DNA of 64,000 bases, taken from positions 559,498-623,497 of the forward strand of contig MU058037.1 in assembly GCA_013265495.1 (NCBI GenBank), written 5' to 3'. Shown one piece after another: positions 48,086-61,428 of this stretch; position 1 is the first letter of the stretch, and every line of letters begins with the position of its first letter. Made by a program: the position numbers and the translations under genes. This stretch comes from Vicugna vicugna. Its lineage: Eukaryota. A model generated the notes under the pieces. The model worked only from the letters and a program-made list of their open reading frames with translations. It was not told where the DNA came from and did not search any database.

Positions 48086-48700
48086 CTTCTTACCTTTGAT
48101 GTTGTTTTCTCTCATACTCAGACTAGAGCAATTATTACCTCCAATTCATTGTTTCTATTGATAGTTCTTTATCCACCATTCCTCTTTTCATCGGTTTCCT
48201 TCATAATTAGCCTAATCCCATTGGTCCTTCTTTTTATGCACTCCTTTGAAAATACCTTCCATTTCCTTGCCCCATTTCACTCCACTGTATTTTCTTTGAA
48301 AACCCTCCACTCTGTTTAAAGAAACCATTTGCCTTTTCCATTCCTGCATTCCAGCCACTTAATCTTGCCAAAAAGAATCACAAAATAGCAAATTGTTTTC
48401 ACCTTAACTTAATTAGATCAAACCTAAATAGATCCTTAGCACTGCCCAGTAACTTTATAGTTTTCCAGTCTCCAAAATAACTAGTTTAACCTTTCTCCTC
48501 TCTCTTTAAGTCTCATGCGGATCTAATCTCCTTATTTGCATCTATTCTCCATACTCTGAATGTATGATCTCACCTCACAGTTTATGGAGGAAAATAATAA
48601 GCATCAAATGGGCATTCTCTCCTCTTCCTACTACCAAATAATGAACCCACTGCATCTTCTCTCCTGTTATGTCTTAGGGGAGAGTCTTGCCTCTTGCTGA
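47440..48700 (+). mobile_element. L2 ORF2 remnant (endonuclease region onward)
   Basis: atcattcttggcaattttaaaatccatgta = IILGNFKIHV (degenerate APE GDFNIH motif); pyrimidine-rich L2 body; tgatctcacctcacagtttatggaggaaaata. Confidence 0.7.
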
Positions 48701-50189
48701 ATGACAGTCCCGTGTATGTGTTCTTTGTTTCAGAAAATAAATTCCATGAGGGTAAATATTGTCCATTCTGTTTTTACCATCAATATGCTTCAACCTTGTA
48801 AAATGCTTGATATAAGACACACTTCTGTATATTATTCATATTTTTCTGGGTGTGCTTGTGAGAGAAAGACAGGAAAAAAGAGGTGCATGTATGCTATATT
48901 TCTGGGCTTATGTCAGAAAATTTAACAACCAAAATCCTCTTCCATTGCTCTCTGATATTTTAACTGAATAACTCTTAAAAGATTATGGCATCCCAAGCTA
49001 CAATGATACCTTTTAATTTCAGGAAAAGTGCCAGGTCATCAGGTTATCATGCAGAAGAGATGGAGAAATTATTCCTAGTTTTCTATAGAAATCAGAACTG
49101 CTGAATATAACATCCCATGCAGACTAAGAATAATAAACCTATAATGTACTCACCGAGCTCTGAAATTGCATTCATTTGGAGCGTTAATTTTCCAGAATTA
49201 TTTCAGTTGGGTCTAACATTAATAAAAGTGCATTACCTGTTTTAATAATTTGGGAGGAAAGAAGAATTAGTCTGACTTCTAATCTGCACATGGAGCGTAT
49301 GAGCACTGCGGAGCATATAAGTGAATCTCACAGTGATTAAGTGCTCCTCTTACATGCAATTCAAATAGAAATGAAAATCTGAGGCAACTAGATTTTCTTT
49401 AAATGTGAGCACTGTACTTTAAGAGTATGTTATGATTTTTTAATCTTGAATTGGAGCTATTCAGTTGACCTATTCTGTTTCTAGACACCTACTTAAAGAC
49501 CTAGCTGGAGAGCAGAGGTCAATTTAAAAAACAAACAAACAAACAAATTAGATGGTGGTGGATTATAAATACATGGAAGATAGCCAGGTTCTGTGAAGCC
49601 AAAACAGTAGCTTCTAGGAAGAAGTAAGGGATGGACCTTGGAGTTTCCAAAAAAACAGTGGTTCAAAAATGGAGCTGGAAAACATAAAGGTCAACATCAG
49701 TGTAAATCAAACTAGCCTTTCCTACATTTCTCAAATGTGGTAGAGGTAGAGAAGTATTTGGTTTGCAAAGGGCTTCCTGTCAGACTGCATCCTGAGTTAA
49801 CAGAGAGGCTGTAATGATGTCAGGAAAGTAAGTAATTAAACAATGTTATTTGATACTGTAAAAAGGAAAGGAAAAATCTGCTATTAAAAAAACTTCAATG
49901 TGTAGTTCTTATTGGTTCAGAAATCTAATCTCAGCCTCATCAGTCATCTCCTTGGTCCTCGTAATGAAACTCCAACTGTAATTAATTTCTTTTTGTCATA
50001 AAAAATCTTTGTGAATATTGTATTAGATATTCTGAACTGTATTTCTTATTCATTTAAGCTTCATTCACATCATTAAACCTGAAATGTGCTTTTTCTAAAG
50101 AAAAAGGAAATATACAGAACAGAAATTTCCTTCTGGCCTACTATTATCATTTCTTCTTCATAGTCTCAGACATACTTACATTTCTCTTT

Positions 50190-50362
50190 ACAGTAGTGGT
50201 TCATAGAGGGATTCAGTATTCTATAATTGCCCTAAACTGATAGCAGCATTTTGTGTGCATATGTATTTTTCCATTTGGGAAGAAAGTCCACAGCTTTCAT
50301 CAAATTCTCGGAGGAGAGGGGGCCTATGACCTGAAAAAGATTTAAGGATCGTTACTCCATAG
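50190..50362. mobile_element. hAT-Charlie-type MITE fragment
   Basis: gtccacagctttcatcaaattctc...tgacctgaaaaagatttaagga; start gtagtggttc. Confidence 0.5.
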
Positions 50363-50642
50363 CATCCTTCAAGACTTTCCAAGACAATACGGTGAAATCA
50401 ACCACATTTGTCTTTACTACATCCATTTCCCCTGTGCTTGGTTTTCATCAAGTCCACAATTCTCTTGTGATCTCTGCTAGATTTCCTTTTTAAAACTGTG
50501 TTCTTCAGTGTTGCTTCATTATAAGGAGTATGCTACTAGTAACAGCTTCAAAAGTTAATTGTGCTCTTTTTAATAAGTTATCTTAATGTTAAAGTATTAA
50601 ACCCCTACATCATATTGCAAATAATAATCCATTTGAAGGGAA

Positions 50643-50683
50643 CATTTTATAGGTAGAAACATATTGTTTCTACCTATAAAATG
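50643..50683. repeat. Perfect inverted repeat, 19-bp arms, 3-nt spacer
   Basis: cattttataggtagaaaca-tat-tgtttctacctataaaatg. Confidence 0.97.
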
Positions 50684-51142
50684 CAGACTTTTATTTTTTA
50701 AATAGAAATAAATGTTATCAGCCTTACATAGGCTCTGTTTTGTGTGAAAGTTCTAATAAACTGCCCTTATCCAGTACTCAGTCTGTTCTAAATGTAGTAT
50801 GAATTCCTGGAACAAGGTCACTAGATAGAATTAAAATAAGATTCAGGGGTACTTTTTGTCCAAGGAGCCTTAATTGTTGAGCTCCATTTTGTAATTTTTC
50901 ATTGAATAAGCACTTCATATACTATACTAGCTAAATGAAATAGTAACAAAAAAATAAACTTATGGCTATATGAGCTTTTTCTTTCTGTAAAGCATAATAA
51001 CCAGTCTTTTTTATGTGTGTTTATCAAATGCTTATTATGTGAAAAATAATCAGGGTCCAATGAGATAAATGATGTGAATGTTTTATAACCTAATAATGCC
51101 ACTTTAATATAAAACTTAGACAGCGTGAAGAAGAAATAGTAT

Positions 51143-51571
51143 ATAACAGCTGTTGTTGGCACCCATCCAGATGGCCTTGACCAGGCCAGTCCAGCCACCC
51201 CATGGCTGCTGTGGTACTGGCTGCTACAGCTCATATCCCCTTCTCCAGAGGTTTGCTTCATCCAGAAAAGCCTGGAAATTTATGCCTCCATTTCCCAAAG
51301 TGGTTGTTGGCCAATGTCTTACTAATACGGAGATATAAAAGCTCAGAATCCTTGCTTCAAGGTAGGAAAGACTTGATGATACAATTTATGCTCTAGAACT
51401 CCCTGTAGGATCGGGCTGAGGCTAGACTTCTGAACCTGTATCTGTGCTTAGTTCTTTCCGCTGCCGCCTTGCTTCCCTCACTCCCTTACAGGTTTCTCCT
51501 GAGAACACCTCTTCAGGGAATCGCTTGCTAAAGTATCCTCATCTCAGGCTCTGCTTCTAGGGAACCTGACA
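51143..51571 (+). mobile_element. ERVL solo LTR, LTR16A-like
   Basis: tttatgctctagaactccctgtaggatcgggctgaggctagacttc; end tcctcatctcaggctctgcttctagggaacctgac; TATA-like gatataaaag at ~51330. Confidence 0.8.
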
Positions 51572-53879
51572 GTATAGGGTAGAAGCAGTGTCTTAGAAGC
51601 TGCTCTTTTATAAACCACTCTTTTTACTGTATAATAATCATAGAATCACCAAACTATATAATTGCAAAAGACTTTAGAGTTTACCAGCTTTGTCTCTTTC
51701 AAATGGAATAATGGAGCCCACTAAGTGACTTAAACAAAAGCCAAAAATTAGTTTGGACATAGCCTGAGCACAGGCTTTCTGGTTTCCTGTTCTGTGGTTT
51801 CCATCTAATTATTACAATTAAGAGTATTGTTCGATTTATGAAGTTATGAATGAAAAGAATGGCTTTTTATATAAATAGAAATTTCTTGAATGTTCATTCA
51901 GCCAAGGATTATGAAACAATGTCAAACCATTCACATTTGTAATGGTTAGTAATAGTCCTGAAAACCCATGTTATTAATTATTGGCAACATCCTGTTCCTC
52001 CGCCTCCTAAATAAAGATCTCATTCCACCAGCCTCAGAAATTAGAAATTTTTTCCAAGAATGTACAAGTATTTTTAGAGTCAGGACTAATTTCCTACACA
52101 ATGGGAAGATATTGAGTCCTGTAGAAATGCAGTTATTATGCAAAACATGCCTACTTGTGTACTAGCATACAACTTTTAGAATTCGTCCTTTTTCTGTGAT
52201 CCTGCTTAAAACCACTTCAGGGAAACCTAAAATGTTGGCAGTGTTGACACCTATTAATATCACATTTGTTTACTAAATAAGTGTGCAAGATAAGCAAGGA
52301 AAAAACAAGATGTTGACTCTGCTTGGTACAGATACCGAAAGAAAAGTTTTTTATTTCCTACTCTGAAATGGACCATTCTGAGTGTTGGGGATGTTCTTGG
52401 TAAAGCAGTCTATTATGACAGAAAAATAAAGGCTAAATTACTGCTCCTATTCTTCTATAAATGTTGTATGATCCGGGCCTTCAGGAATCACAGAAGGTCC
52501 TCCTGAGCAAAGGCAAAGTAGCTGAGAACCAACAGACTGATTGAAAAGGCTTGCCAGCAGGGGGAGCTCTTTAAAATAGGCCTAGGCAAGAAGAGAAAGG
52601 GGTGAAGGGAAAGAGGGAGAGGGGGAGAGAAGGTGCTTTCCAGTTTCAGGCACAGCATACATTTATGAAGAACCAGAAAAGTAAGTGTGGGCTAGTGAGT
52701 GCTAAGGATGCAAAGAATCCTCAGCGGTCCTTAGTCACAGAGCAATGATAAAGAATCAGAGAGCCGACCTGGAAATTCCCAGGATGCCCTGGGCTCAGAT
52801 TAAAGCAAAACTCATCTGGTTGAACCAGGTAGAAGGAGTAGGGAGTTGAAACTTTAGAGTTGCTAAGGCTTTATAAATTCTAAGTAAAATGCCAGAATCA
52901 TTGGATATTCCATCTGTGGGTGCTTTCCTCCACTATCTATACCGTGCCAAGGCAAAGCCCTATTTCTCTCCTTTGCTTTCTCTCACACATTTAATGAGGT
53001 TTCTCTAACAAACTCTCAGGTTCCTAGGTATCAAATGTTGATGGAAGCCCTTTAGGTTTCTGTAAATTGGGTAAAAACAATCATCACAGCAAAAGTACAA
53101 ATTCTAAAGGTGTTATTATAGCACAGAATCATGACTACATAGATATTAGTAGATAGCATTTCAAAATTTTTGAGGCTTGGTGGAATAATATTTTTTCTGA
53201 AGGAGGGGTATAAAAGATTAACAAGACTGAATCAGGACTGATTCTGGAAAAATACTGAGTCCTGGAGAAATTCAGTTACTATGCAAAGCATGCCTACATT
53301 GCTAAGTTCTTTTTTTCTCCTTGCTAGTTCATTCCTACAATTGGGACTAATATTAGGCCCAAAATGCTCCAAGATACGTCACTCATAAACCAGTAATATA
53401 ATATGTTCACCTAAGAAAGAAAAGGGTGATCTTCAGTGATTGTATTTAGCTATTGCTTAGTTGCTTCAAGTATGGAGTAGATAGCTTTTCGAACTCCATA
53501 TCATCTCCTAAGATAGCATAAAGAGTATATTATGAAGTTGTTCTGACCTGAATTCCTGTTATTCCTCTCCATCAACTTTACTCAAATAACAGACAATAGT
53601 GAGCTTACAGTAGTATTTATACGGGTGAAATATTTATTTCAGAAGTCACTCATATCTTATATTATTTCAGCTTTCCTTGCTTCTGACTTCCCAAATGTGA
53701 GTATATAAATGGCCCAGAAAAAAGCCAGGTAGCTTTCCAGCTATATAACTTCACACTGAGAGTGAATGATAAATGTACGCTAGTATTTTCTCCTTAGATC
53801 TGTAACTATTTATATACCAAATTTTCTGCTATCTTAATACATAGAAGTATAGTAAAAGTCATCTAAATGGAGGTTCCTT

Positions 53880-54003
53880 ATGTGTTCATTCCTTCAGGAA
53901 CATTTTACTGAACACTTACAAGCACAAGACACTTTGTTAGAAACTAACAGTGTTGTGGTAAATTAAACAAGTATTGCTCTTTTTCTCACTGAGCTTATGG
54001 CCT
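53880..54003 (-). mobile_element. L2 3' end
   Basis: ttcattccttcaggaacattttactgaacactta...ctcactgagcttatggcctag. Confidence 0.6.
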
Positions 54004-54523
54004 AGGGTCCTGAATTATTCAGTATTTAAAATAGATAATTACATGGTTTGCATAGTTTGGCATCTGTTGGAGACTTGGATGGGGGGAAGGCGTTGGTAGG
54101 TCATTCGAATGAAATTTAACTCCTTCTAGGGTTTATTTAGCAAGTTAAACTTAATACCTTCAATATAGGCAATTAGGAATCAAAAGGTGGTAAAGGATAT
54201 TTAGGCACAAAGTCATCTATCAAATTTAATTAATCTTTACAACTCATTGCTTTCTAAGTAAGTGACCCTCAAGAGTTGTAGGTATTGATATAGCCTAATG
54301 TTCAAATACGATTTAAAATCAAAATATTGATACTCTAAACAGGTCATACTTTCTTTCCTAGGGAATGTATCGTTGATTTTGGTCTTTTTCCTTTAAGTAG
54401 CATTAAAAAATAGCTATTACCTCTTTATACAGAGCGTAGGGCCATAATTCTTTTTAGACTATGTACCATTCTGTTTTAGAAATGCAAACCCCCACGTTAT
54501 GAACTGGACAGTTCTAGGAATCC

Positions 54524-55030
54524 TATATCTCAGTTTGGATTTCCCCCAGAATACATCGTGAGACATGAAGTGGTTGCACGTAGTTAATTTGAGAGATAAT
54601 TATAAGAAGTACACAAAAGAAAGTAGGGAAAGTGAGACAGGGAAGCTGAAAATCTACTAAAAAAGTTTTAATGACCAGATTATCACACTGGGGATCAAAT
54701 CCATTTGAGACCCTCTGAGGAACCATGTGGAACATGCTTCTGAAATATTCTATCAGAGGACAAAGTAAGATGAAATATTTATCCATCACTTCTCAACTAT
54801 CATTGGTTGAGGGTAGTCCCTAGGGCATTTAAGCCTCAGAGACTTCTAGGCTTCCCAATGAACAGGCTGAGCAAGCTCTCAGGGTTCCAGAGAAAGCCCT
54901 TGGGTGGAGAAGCAGTGGGAACAGACAGTTGATGTGAGAAGTTGTCAGTGCACTGGGAACGGGCCGCCCAACCTGCAGCTTCACTTAAAGATGGGCTGAG
55001 GGGATGAGAGGCAGAGCATCCATGGCACAG
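54524..55030 (-). mobile_element. ERVL LTR33-like solo LTR
   Basis: ttgcacgtagttaatttgagagataat, agggaaagtgagacagggaag, gagaccctctgaggaaccatgtggaaca, cattggttgaggg; similar to 5525-6229. Confidence 0.75.
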
Positions 55031-56089
55031 GTATGTGCTATGAATGAATTGCTGTAAACTGTATTTACTTGAAAAAGAACCATGGTCCATAAGATGGTCC
55101 AAAATGCACCTTAAACAAGTCTTTATTTTCTACAATACATCCAAAGAAAAATTGTGCATATGTGTTTATAGCATTTAAACTACCTTAGCACAATTATTGT
55201 TATTTTATCAGGACCAAAAATTGTAAGTTATCATTTTTTTTCTCTCCCTCATTCCTGACTTCTGAGGACAGAAGGAAGAGAGATGTTCCATGGAGCAATT
55301 TGCCTCTATGAATATCACCCACTGACAGAAAAATTAAGAGCTGATGAGTTCAGACTGGCATTCATGCCACATTCCTTTATTGGTGATGATAATACCCTAT
55401 ACTTCTTTACCAACTTATCCTATTTGCCCTTATGACACCTTTGGAATGTCAGAGCAGTTATTATTGCCTTTATTTTTACAAGTGAAGAAAATTTCCCTAA
55501 AAGCATGAATTGTGCACCTGGGATGTGCCAAATATTGGGTCAGACATTCTTCCTTGGGATGTTTCAGTTAATCCTACTCAGGAACCTGGAGGTATTATTG
55601 TCCTTATTTTACCGAGGAAAGCCCTAATCAGGGACTGGGGAAGCTTCTATGAGGCAAGAAGGTTTGGGAGGAAGACTCAATTCCTGGAGCTTCAGTTCCA
55701 GTGCTTATTCTCCTGTAACTCTGCCCTTTCTAGTTTGTCTCCAGATTCTCCCCAACATTCCTGGACAGACATCTGCTCTGACATATTACAACCTCTGTAG
55801 AACCCTACATGGCACCAAATTTGTTGACTGAATAAATTGCACACCATTGTAACACATTGAAAGTATTTTTATCTGCGCTAGCTTGATCTCCATTCAGATG
55901 GGGGTTGATTTGATGATAAGCTTTCTGGGGCAGCACCCATCAGTGGACTTACATCTCATGTGATCCGTCTCCTTCTCTTACCTTCTGCCACATTTCAGCT
56001 GGTTGGTTATGCTGGAAAATTATACCTATTGACATAGGCTTCAGGACCGCGTGTGGATTCATCCTCATTTATATCTATAGCCTCATGTC

Positions 56090-56374
56090 ACAGGACACTC
56101 CCTCTCATTCTCTCAGGTCTAGCCATACTTGGCTGCTGTCCATCTCGCGTACTTGCCATGTTCTGTCTCATCAGTGTAACTTTGCACATGATACTTCCTC
56201 CACTAAGAATGGTTCAAACTTTTCATCATCACCAAGTCAGTTCCTACTTAAACTTCAGATCACAGCTCAAGCTAAAGGTTCCTGGAGGAATCTTCACTAA
56301 TGTAAGCAAATCTTTTTGTTAGGGACTCTGATAACATCATGTGTCTCTGTTGCTGTATCAGAGTTCTAAATTTG

Positions 56375-56411
<37 letters not shown>

Positions 56412-56570
56412 CGATGTGATCAACATCTGCCTCTCACACCATGCTACATGCTCCATTACAGGAAAATCTTATCTGTGTGGACTCACAAATGTACTTCCCA
56501 GCACCTAGCACAGGGCCTTGCATATGGCAGATAAGCAGTAAATATATCTTGAATAAAATATGTGAATCTA
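56090..56570 (+). mobile_element. L2 3' portion containing a (TG)n run (56379-56410)
   Basis: tcagatcacagctcaagc; cttcccagcacctagcacagggccttgcatatggcagataagcagtaaatatatcttgaat. Confidence 0.7.
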
Positions 56571-56619
56571 TAATATTAATGATTTCTCTGTGTTGAACCC
56601 AGAGTGTCATTCTTAGTCC

Positions 56620-56827
56620 CACTGGTCCTTAATTAGGGAAGAATTGCCCAACCCCAGGGGGGGATTTTGAAATGCCTTGAGGGTGTTCTCTTGTTACCAC
56701 AATGACTAAGTGCAGCTACTGGGATGTGGTAGCAGGAGGAATGTTAAGAGTCATCCACTATGTAGAGTAGCCTAACCAAGGGATAATTGTTTCACTCAAA
56801 ATGCCAGGAGTACCCTGAAAAACACTG
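56620..56827. mobile_element. hAT-Charlie MER20-like
   Basis: gccccaaccccagggg...ttgttaccacaatgact...gctactggg...caaaatgccaggagtaccctgaaaaacactg. Confidence 0.65.
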
Positions 56828-57919
56828 TAAGAAAGATTACGTATTTTAATAATAGGCCTCTAATATGTTTAAATAATTGTTAGCATGATTTTGTATGTAG
56901 CGTAGTGGTACAAGAGCATGTATGTGTGTGCATGTATGTATGTGCATGTGTGTATGTGTAACTGCTTCATAAGTTAACGTGTGTCTATTAATAATGAGTT
57001 TATAGATTATTTTTGCAGTTTATGCCAGAAAGAAGGACTCCAGGAAGGCAGAGGGAATGGAGACAGGAAAACTGTCTGATGTATCAGAAATGCAAAACCT
57101 AAAAATGACCAGGGGGCCCAGTGTTAATCTAATTTACACTGGTGATATTTTCCTTTGTATTTTCTGTGTTCCTTCTTGCTTTTCTATTTCTGTCTGGTTT
57201 TTTATTTCTTCTCCTGGGTTAAATCCCCAGTCTGACACGTTCATATGTTTACTTTCTTCCTTTTAGTTCAAATAGAACATTGAGATTGGTTTTCGGGACT
57301 GTTTGTGTCGTGTCACGTTTAGCCTGTGGCTGCAGTAGGGAAGCTCAGTAAAGCCTCTTTCATTGTTTCTACTATAACATGAGAGCAGCCCAGATACCAG
57401 TGGTAAACCTCCCTTTACTGAGACCGAGAAAATGATTTCACGATCCCTTTCCTGCATCAGGTGGCTGGAAAAATATGAGGCGGACATGGAAGTTACTGTA
57501 ACGTAATAGGACAAAGCCCTAGATGGGAATTCCAGGCACTGGAGAGCACTACCAACCAACCATCAGTCATTTAACCTCTTTGAGCCCTGGTTTGATCATT
57601 TTAAAAGAATGAAAGACCTAGAGGTAAGAAAGCCTCTAGGACTCTTTTCTGATCTAAAATTGAGTTTTCGGGCTCAAGAAAGAATGGGGAAGGAGGGAAA
57701 GAAGAGAAATAGATGTTATCTTAGAAAGTGGGTAAGAAGATGTCTCCCATGTATAAAATTATGAACCATGCCTTTTTCCTTTGGAATGGTACAGAAGCTT
57801 ATGTTCTAGAGTGGAACAGCTGGTGTTCCAAGGAGCACTTTCCAAGGAGCAGGCATGAACTCCCCGGAGGATTAACTCAAGAATGATTTCAGAGGCAGTA
57901 TCCACATAAGTGACCACAT

Positions 57920-58146
57920 AAGTGGTTAGGTGTTTGGGCTCTGGGGACTAATCCATGCTTTAATACTGATGTCACTGCTTTCTGGCCCTATAAATTGGGC
58001 ATGCAGTTAACCACTGAGAGCCACTGTTTCTTCATCCTTAAAATGGGAATAAGAATAGTACCTACTTCATAGTGTTGTTGTGAGAATTAAATGAACAAAT
58101 GCCATGTCAAAGCATGTCTCAGCACATGGTCAGTGATCCATAAATT
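57920..58146 (+). mobile_element. MIR
   Basis: ctgtttcttcatccttaaaatgggaataagaatagtacctacttcatagtgttgttgtgagaattaaatga. Confidence 0.85.
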
Positions 58147-60589
58147 TCTAATGTAATGACTATAATAAGCAAGGTAAACCAATCAAGAATAGAGCAGTTT
58201 AATAAATTATTCCTTGGTTACCAGAAATCTCTCCCCGCTACAGCCTACCTTTTCCAGAATGGCTGATGAATCCTTGCATGAACTAGCAGTGTGCATGATG
58301 ATTACCAGTTGAATGCTAATAAATATGCATTTCAAGAGCTATTATTTATTACTTTTTATAGATTTACTCACCTCTCTCAAAACTGCTACATATGGTTAAG
58401 ATGTTTAAATTAATCATGTGTATCTAGGAAAGGGATAAATTTAGTATTTCACCTATTGTGGATTATAGATCCTCATATCAGACTCAGTGATAATCTTCTT
58501 TTTAATATTCCTTTCAGAGACATAGAAACATCAGTGCCTTAACTTTTAGTGTTTGTTTGTTTGTTTTTTTGGCCTGGTCCAGTCTACATTTTTATGAATA
58601 GCTAGGAATGTGTTTCACCACAAGGCTATAGGATGAGTTTGTATTTGACTTCCCCATTAGTTAGTACACTAGCTGAGCAGGCGGCTGCCAAAGGCATTTT
58701 CTTTTTCTGGATTGGTCACAGAGATGCCACTGTAATTTTATACTCATCATTTTTGTTAATTACTGCACTGAGTTCATCATTTCTCCTGGGAGTTAACCCC
58801 TGGCTTGGAATAAGCACTGTGAGATTTTGTGATACACCTCTATTGTAGGATTGGAATATTCTTGCATCATCCTGTGAGATGATTCAGGATTTCAGGTGTT
58901 CAGAGTGCTCTGATATTTCAGATCATTATGTGCACATTGTTTTCTGTCTTCCACTCCCTGAATTCATGATGTTTGTTTATCATATTTCCTTGCCTCATTT
59001 GTAGTTTTTTTTTCCTTTTTCAGTTTTATTAGGTAGGATTATTACAGTTTGACTGCACATACACATTATATCGCATGTAAATACATATATACAGTATACT
59101 GCACATTTTTTACATTACATATGTGTGCTGATCATTGTTTCTAAGAACGATTAGAGCTTTATCTTTTTAAACGTACATAGTTATCAAAGGAATGCCTTAT
59201 TCATAGTTTCTTAAACGTGGAGATATTCTAGCTTGTTGCACGGTAGTATTTCAATAGAGCTTTTCATTTTAGGCAAATTATTCTAATAATATTTCACATT
59301 TGTTCTTTAGCCTATTATACTTTAGTGTTTTTTGTTTCACAAGGATTTTTATAAGTTTAATTTTGTTGTGACATAGGGGTAATTCTGTTATATGTCAGAT
59401 TGTGCATTTGACAGTTGTAGATTGAATTATTTCAATTAGTAAATTAAATAAACTAATACTGTAGCCTCAGTATTAGTATTCTTAATAGATATATTTATTT
59501 TAAGTAAAGATAAATTCCCTGTCCTAAATAGTTAGGTAGTAAATGAGACACATAAAGTAAAATCAGTGTTTATGCTTTCAAGACTTTATTGTAACTTGAA
59601 GCAGTGTAAGAAAATACAAGTGTAATGCCATATTGCTAATTTTACCAGTTCCATCATTTTTTAATAATGAGTATATACTTTGTTGAATAATGACTTCAGA
59701 GTCACTTATTTTTTATCAGTGTAAAACTGCTCTTCAAATTTATCATTTCATGTACATGCTTATACTCTGCCACTTCTGCTGTATCATTCACTTTCAGTAA
59801 GCCCATCTGCCATTTAGTTAAAAATATAAATGTAAATGTATATTAAAATATACATAATTTATGTCATTTAATATAAAATATAAATTGAAATGTAAGTTTA
59901 ATAGCTGGGTATGTAAATTGTTTTTAATAAGATGAATTTATGCCCATCTCAGTAAATACAAGGATTTGAAGTAGCTATATTATAAGCAATAAAAATAAAA
60001 TATAAATTGATAAACAGATCAAGAGGAAGGGACATAAGAGTAGACTAATAAAAAAAAAACGAGAAGATACAATTAGTTTGCAGAAATACCTATTATTAAA
60101 TCTTGTTAAATCACTAGAAGTAGAATAGAGATTTAGCTCCAAGCTTCCCAGTGGCCAAAACAAAGAAAACAGCATTGTTTCCAAGATTTGCAATTTGGTA
60201 ATATGTTTTTGAAGTTTGGGTCCAGGAAAGGCCCATTTTTTTCCTGGTACGAGTATTAAGAGATACATTTCTCTCAAGTTCTAATAAAGGGGTTGTTACA
60301 GGATATGAAACACATTGTCCTCAACATCATCTTAACAACAATTTTGAGGGCATCTTACCATATGATTGCTTTTTCAAGAATATGAATTGTGGCAATAATG
60401 CTGAAACAGTATTTGGTAAAACCAATTTTACATATAGCCAAAACAATGCAATACAAGTTTTTGAACAATTAAATGATCGTGTTTTATCCAAGAATAATAT
60501 TTGGCCACTCCAGAAAAATGAATGATGTTTATAATCTTCACACACAAATATATATTCATATACATATGATACAGTTACAACATATATTT

Positions 60590-60729
60590 TTTAAATTTTT
60601 TAAACATTTTTTATTGAGTTGTAGTCGTTTTACAATGTTGTGTCAAATTCCAGTGTAGAGCACAATTTTTCAGTTATACATGAACATACATATATTCATT
60701 GTCACATTTTTTTTGCTGTGAGCTACCAC
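60590..60729 (-). mobile_element. Young L1 3' end (~140 bp)
   Basis: taaacattttttattgagttgtagtcgttttacaatgttgtgtcaaattccagtgtagagcac...tgtgagctaccac; imperfect TSD caacatatattt / caaaatgtattt. Confidence 0.92.
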
Positions 60730-60888
60730 CAAAATGTATTTATTATATGCACATGTATATATCCTGTACCATCCTCAATCAGATTGTGAATCTCAGACAG
60801 GTGTGTAGAATGTATTACATCCCCAGTGCTTACCACAGTGCTTTGTCAATGAAGAACTCACAATAAATGCTAACCATGGCTGACAAAT

Positions 60889-61428
60889 TATATCAGACAC
60901 CCCTTTATGCACCACAAATCCTCTCAGCCCACCACGTACTACAGTCACTGCTGTAGTGACCAGTTCAGCAGAGGCTTCAAACAGTCTGACAGATGCAACC
61001 TGACTGGACCTTGCCTCAGGCTCGCTTCATGCCTGGGGGCTTCTCTGACACCAAAGCAAGTGACAGTCAACCACAGGAAACTGCTCTGCACTCGTGAATG
61101 CAGAACCCAGAAAGCCTTGACCAACAGAACCACATTAAACAATTGACACCAAAGGATAATTTCCTCCTTTTTTCATCCTCAAAAAAAAAAAAAGGTTCTG
61201 AGATGGAGTTCATAAGGTTTCTCAGAAGGTCCATTGGGATCAAGTTCCAGTTACCCTGTTGGTGGCCAACTTGGTAATACATCCCTGTATTGGCTTTCCT
61301 TCCTTTCCAGAAGAGGGACGCACACCTGTCATTTAACCACTATTCCAAGAGATTACATTCCCAAGTCAACTATTTGCACAAAGGTCTTTCTTTCAGATTC
61401 TGCTTTTAGAGGAACCAGACTAAAAGAA
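60889..61428 (+). mobile_element. ERVL 5' LTR (LTR33A-like)
   Basis: gtttctcagaaggtccattgggatcaag, ctgtattggctttccttcctt, cccaagtcaactatttgcac, end tcagattctgcttttagaggaaccagactaaaaga; sense counterpart of 54524-55030. Confidence 0.7.

Noticed and set aside
47521..48115. Two identical minus-strand ORFs suggesting a duplicated gene
   Set aside because: By-product of the tandem duplication of an L2 remnant read antisense
6372..60729. Minus-strand bias of young L1 tails implying a plus-strand host gene
   Set aside because: Only six copies, and the older long L1s are mostly plus-strand; not informative
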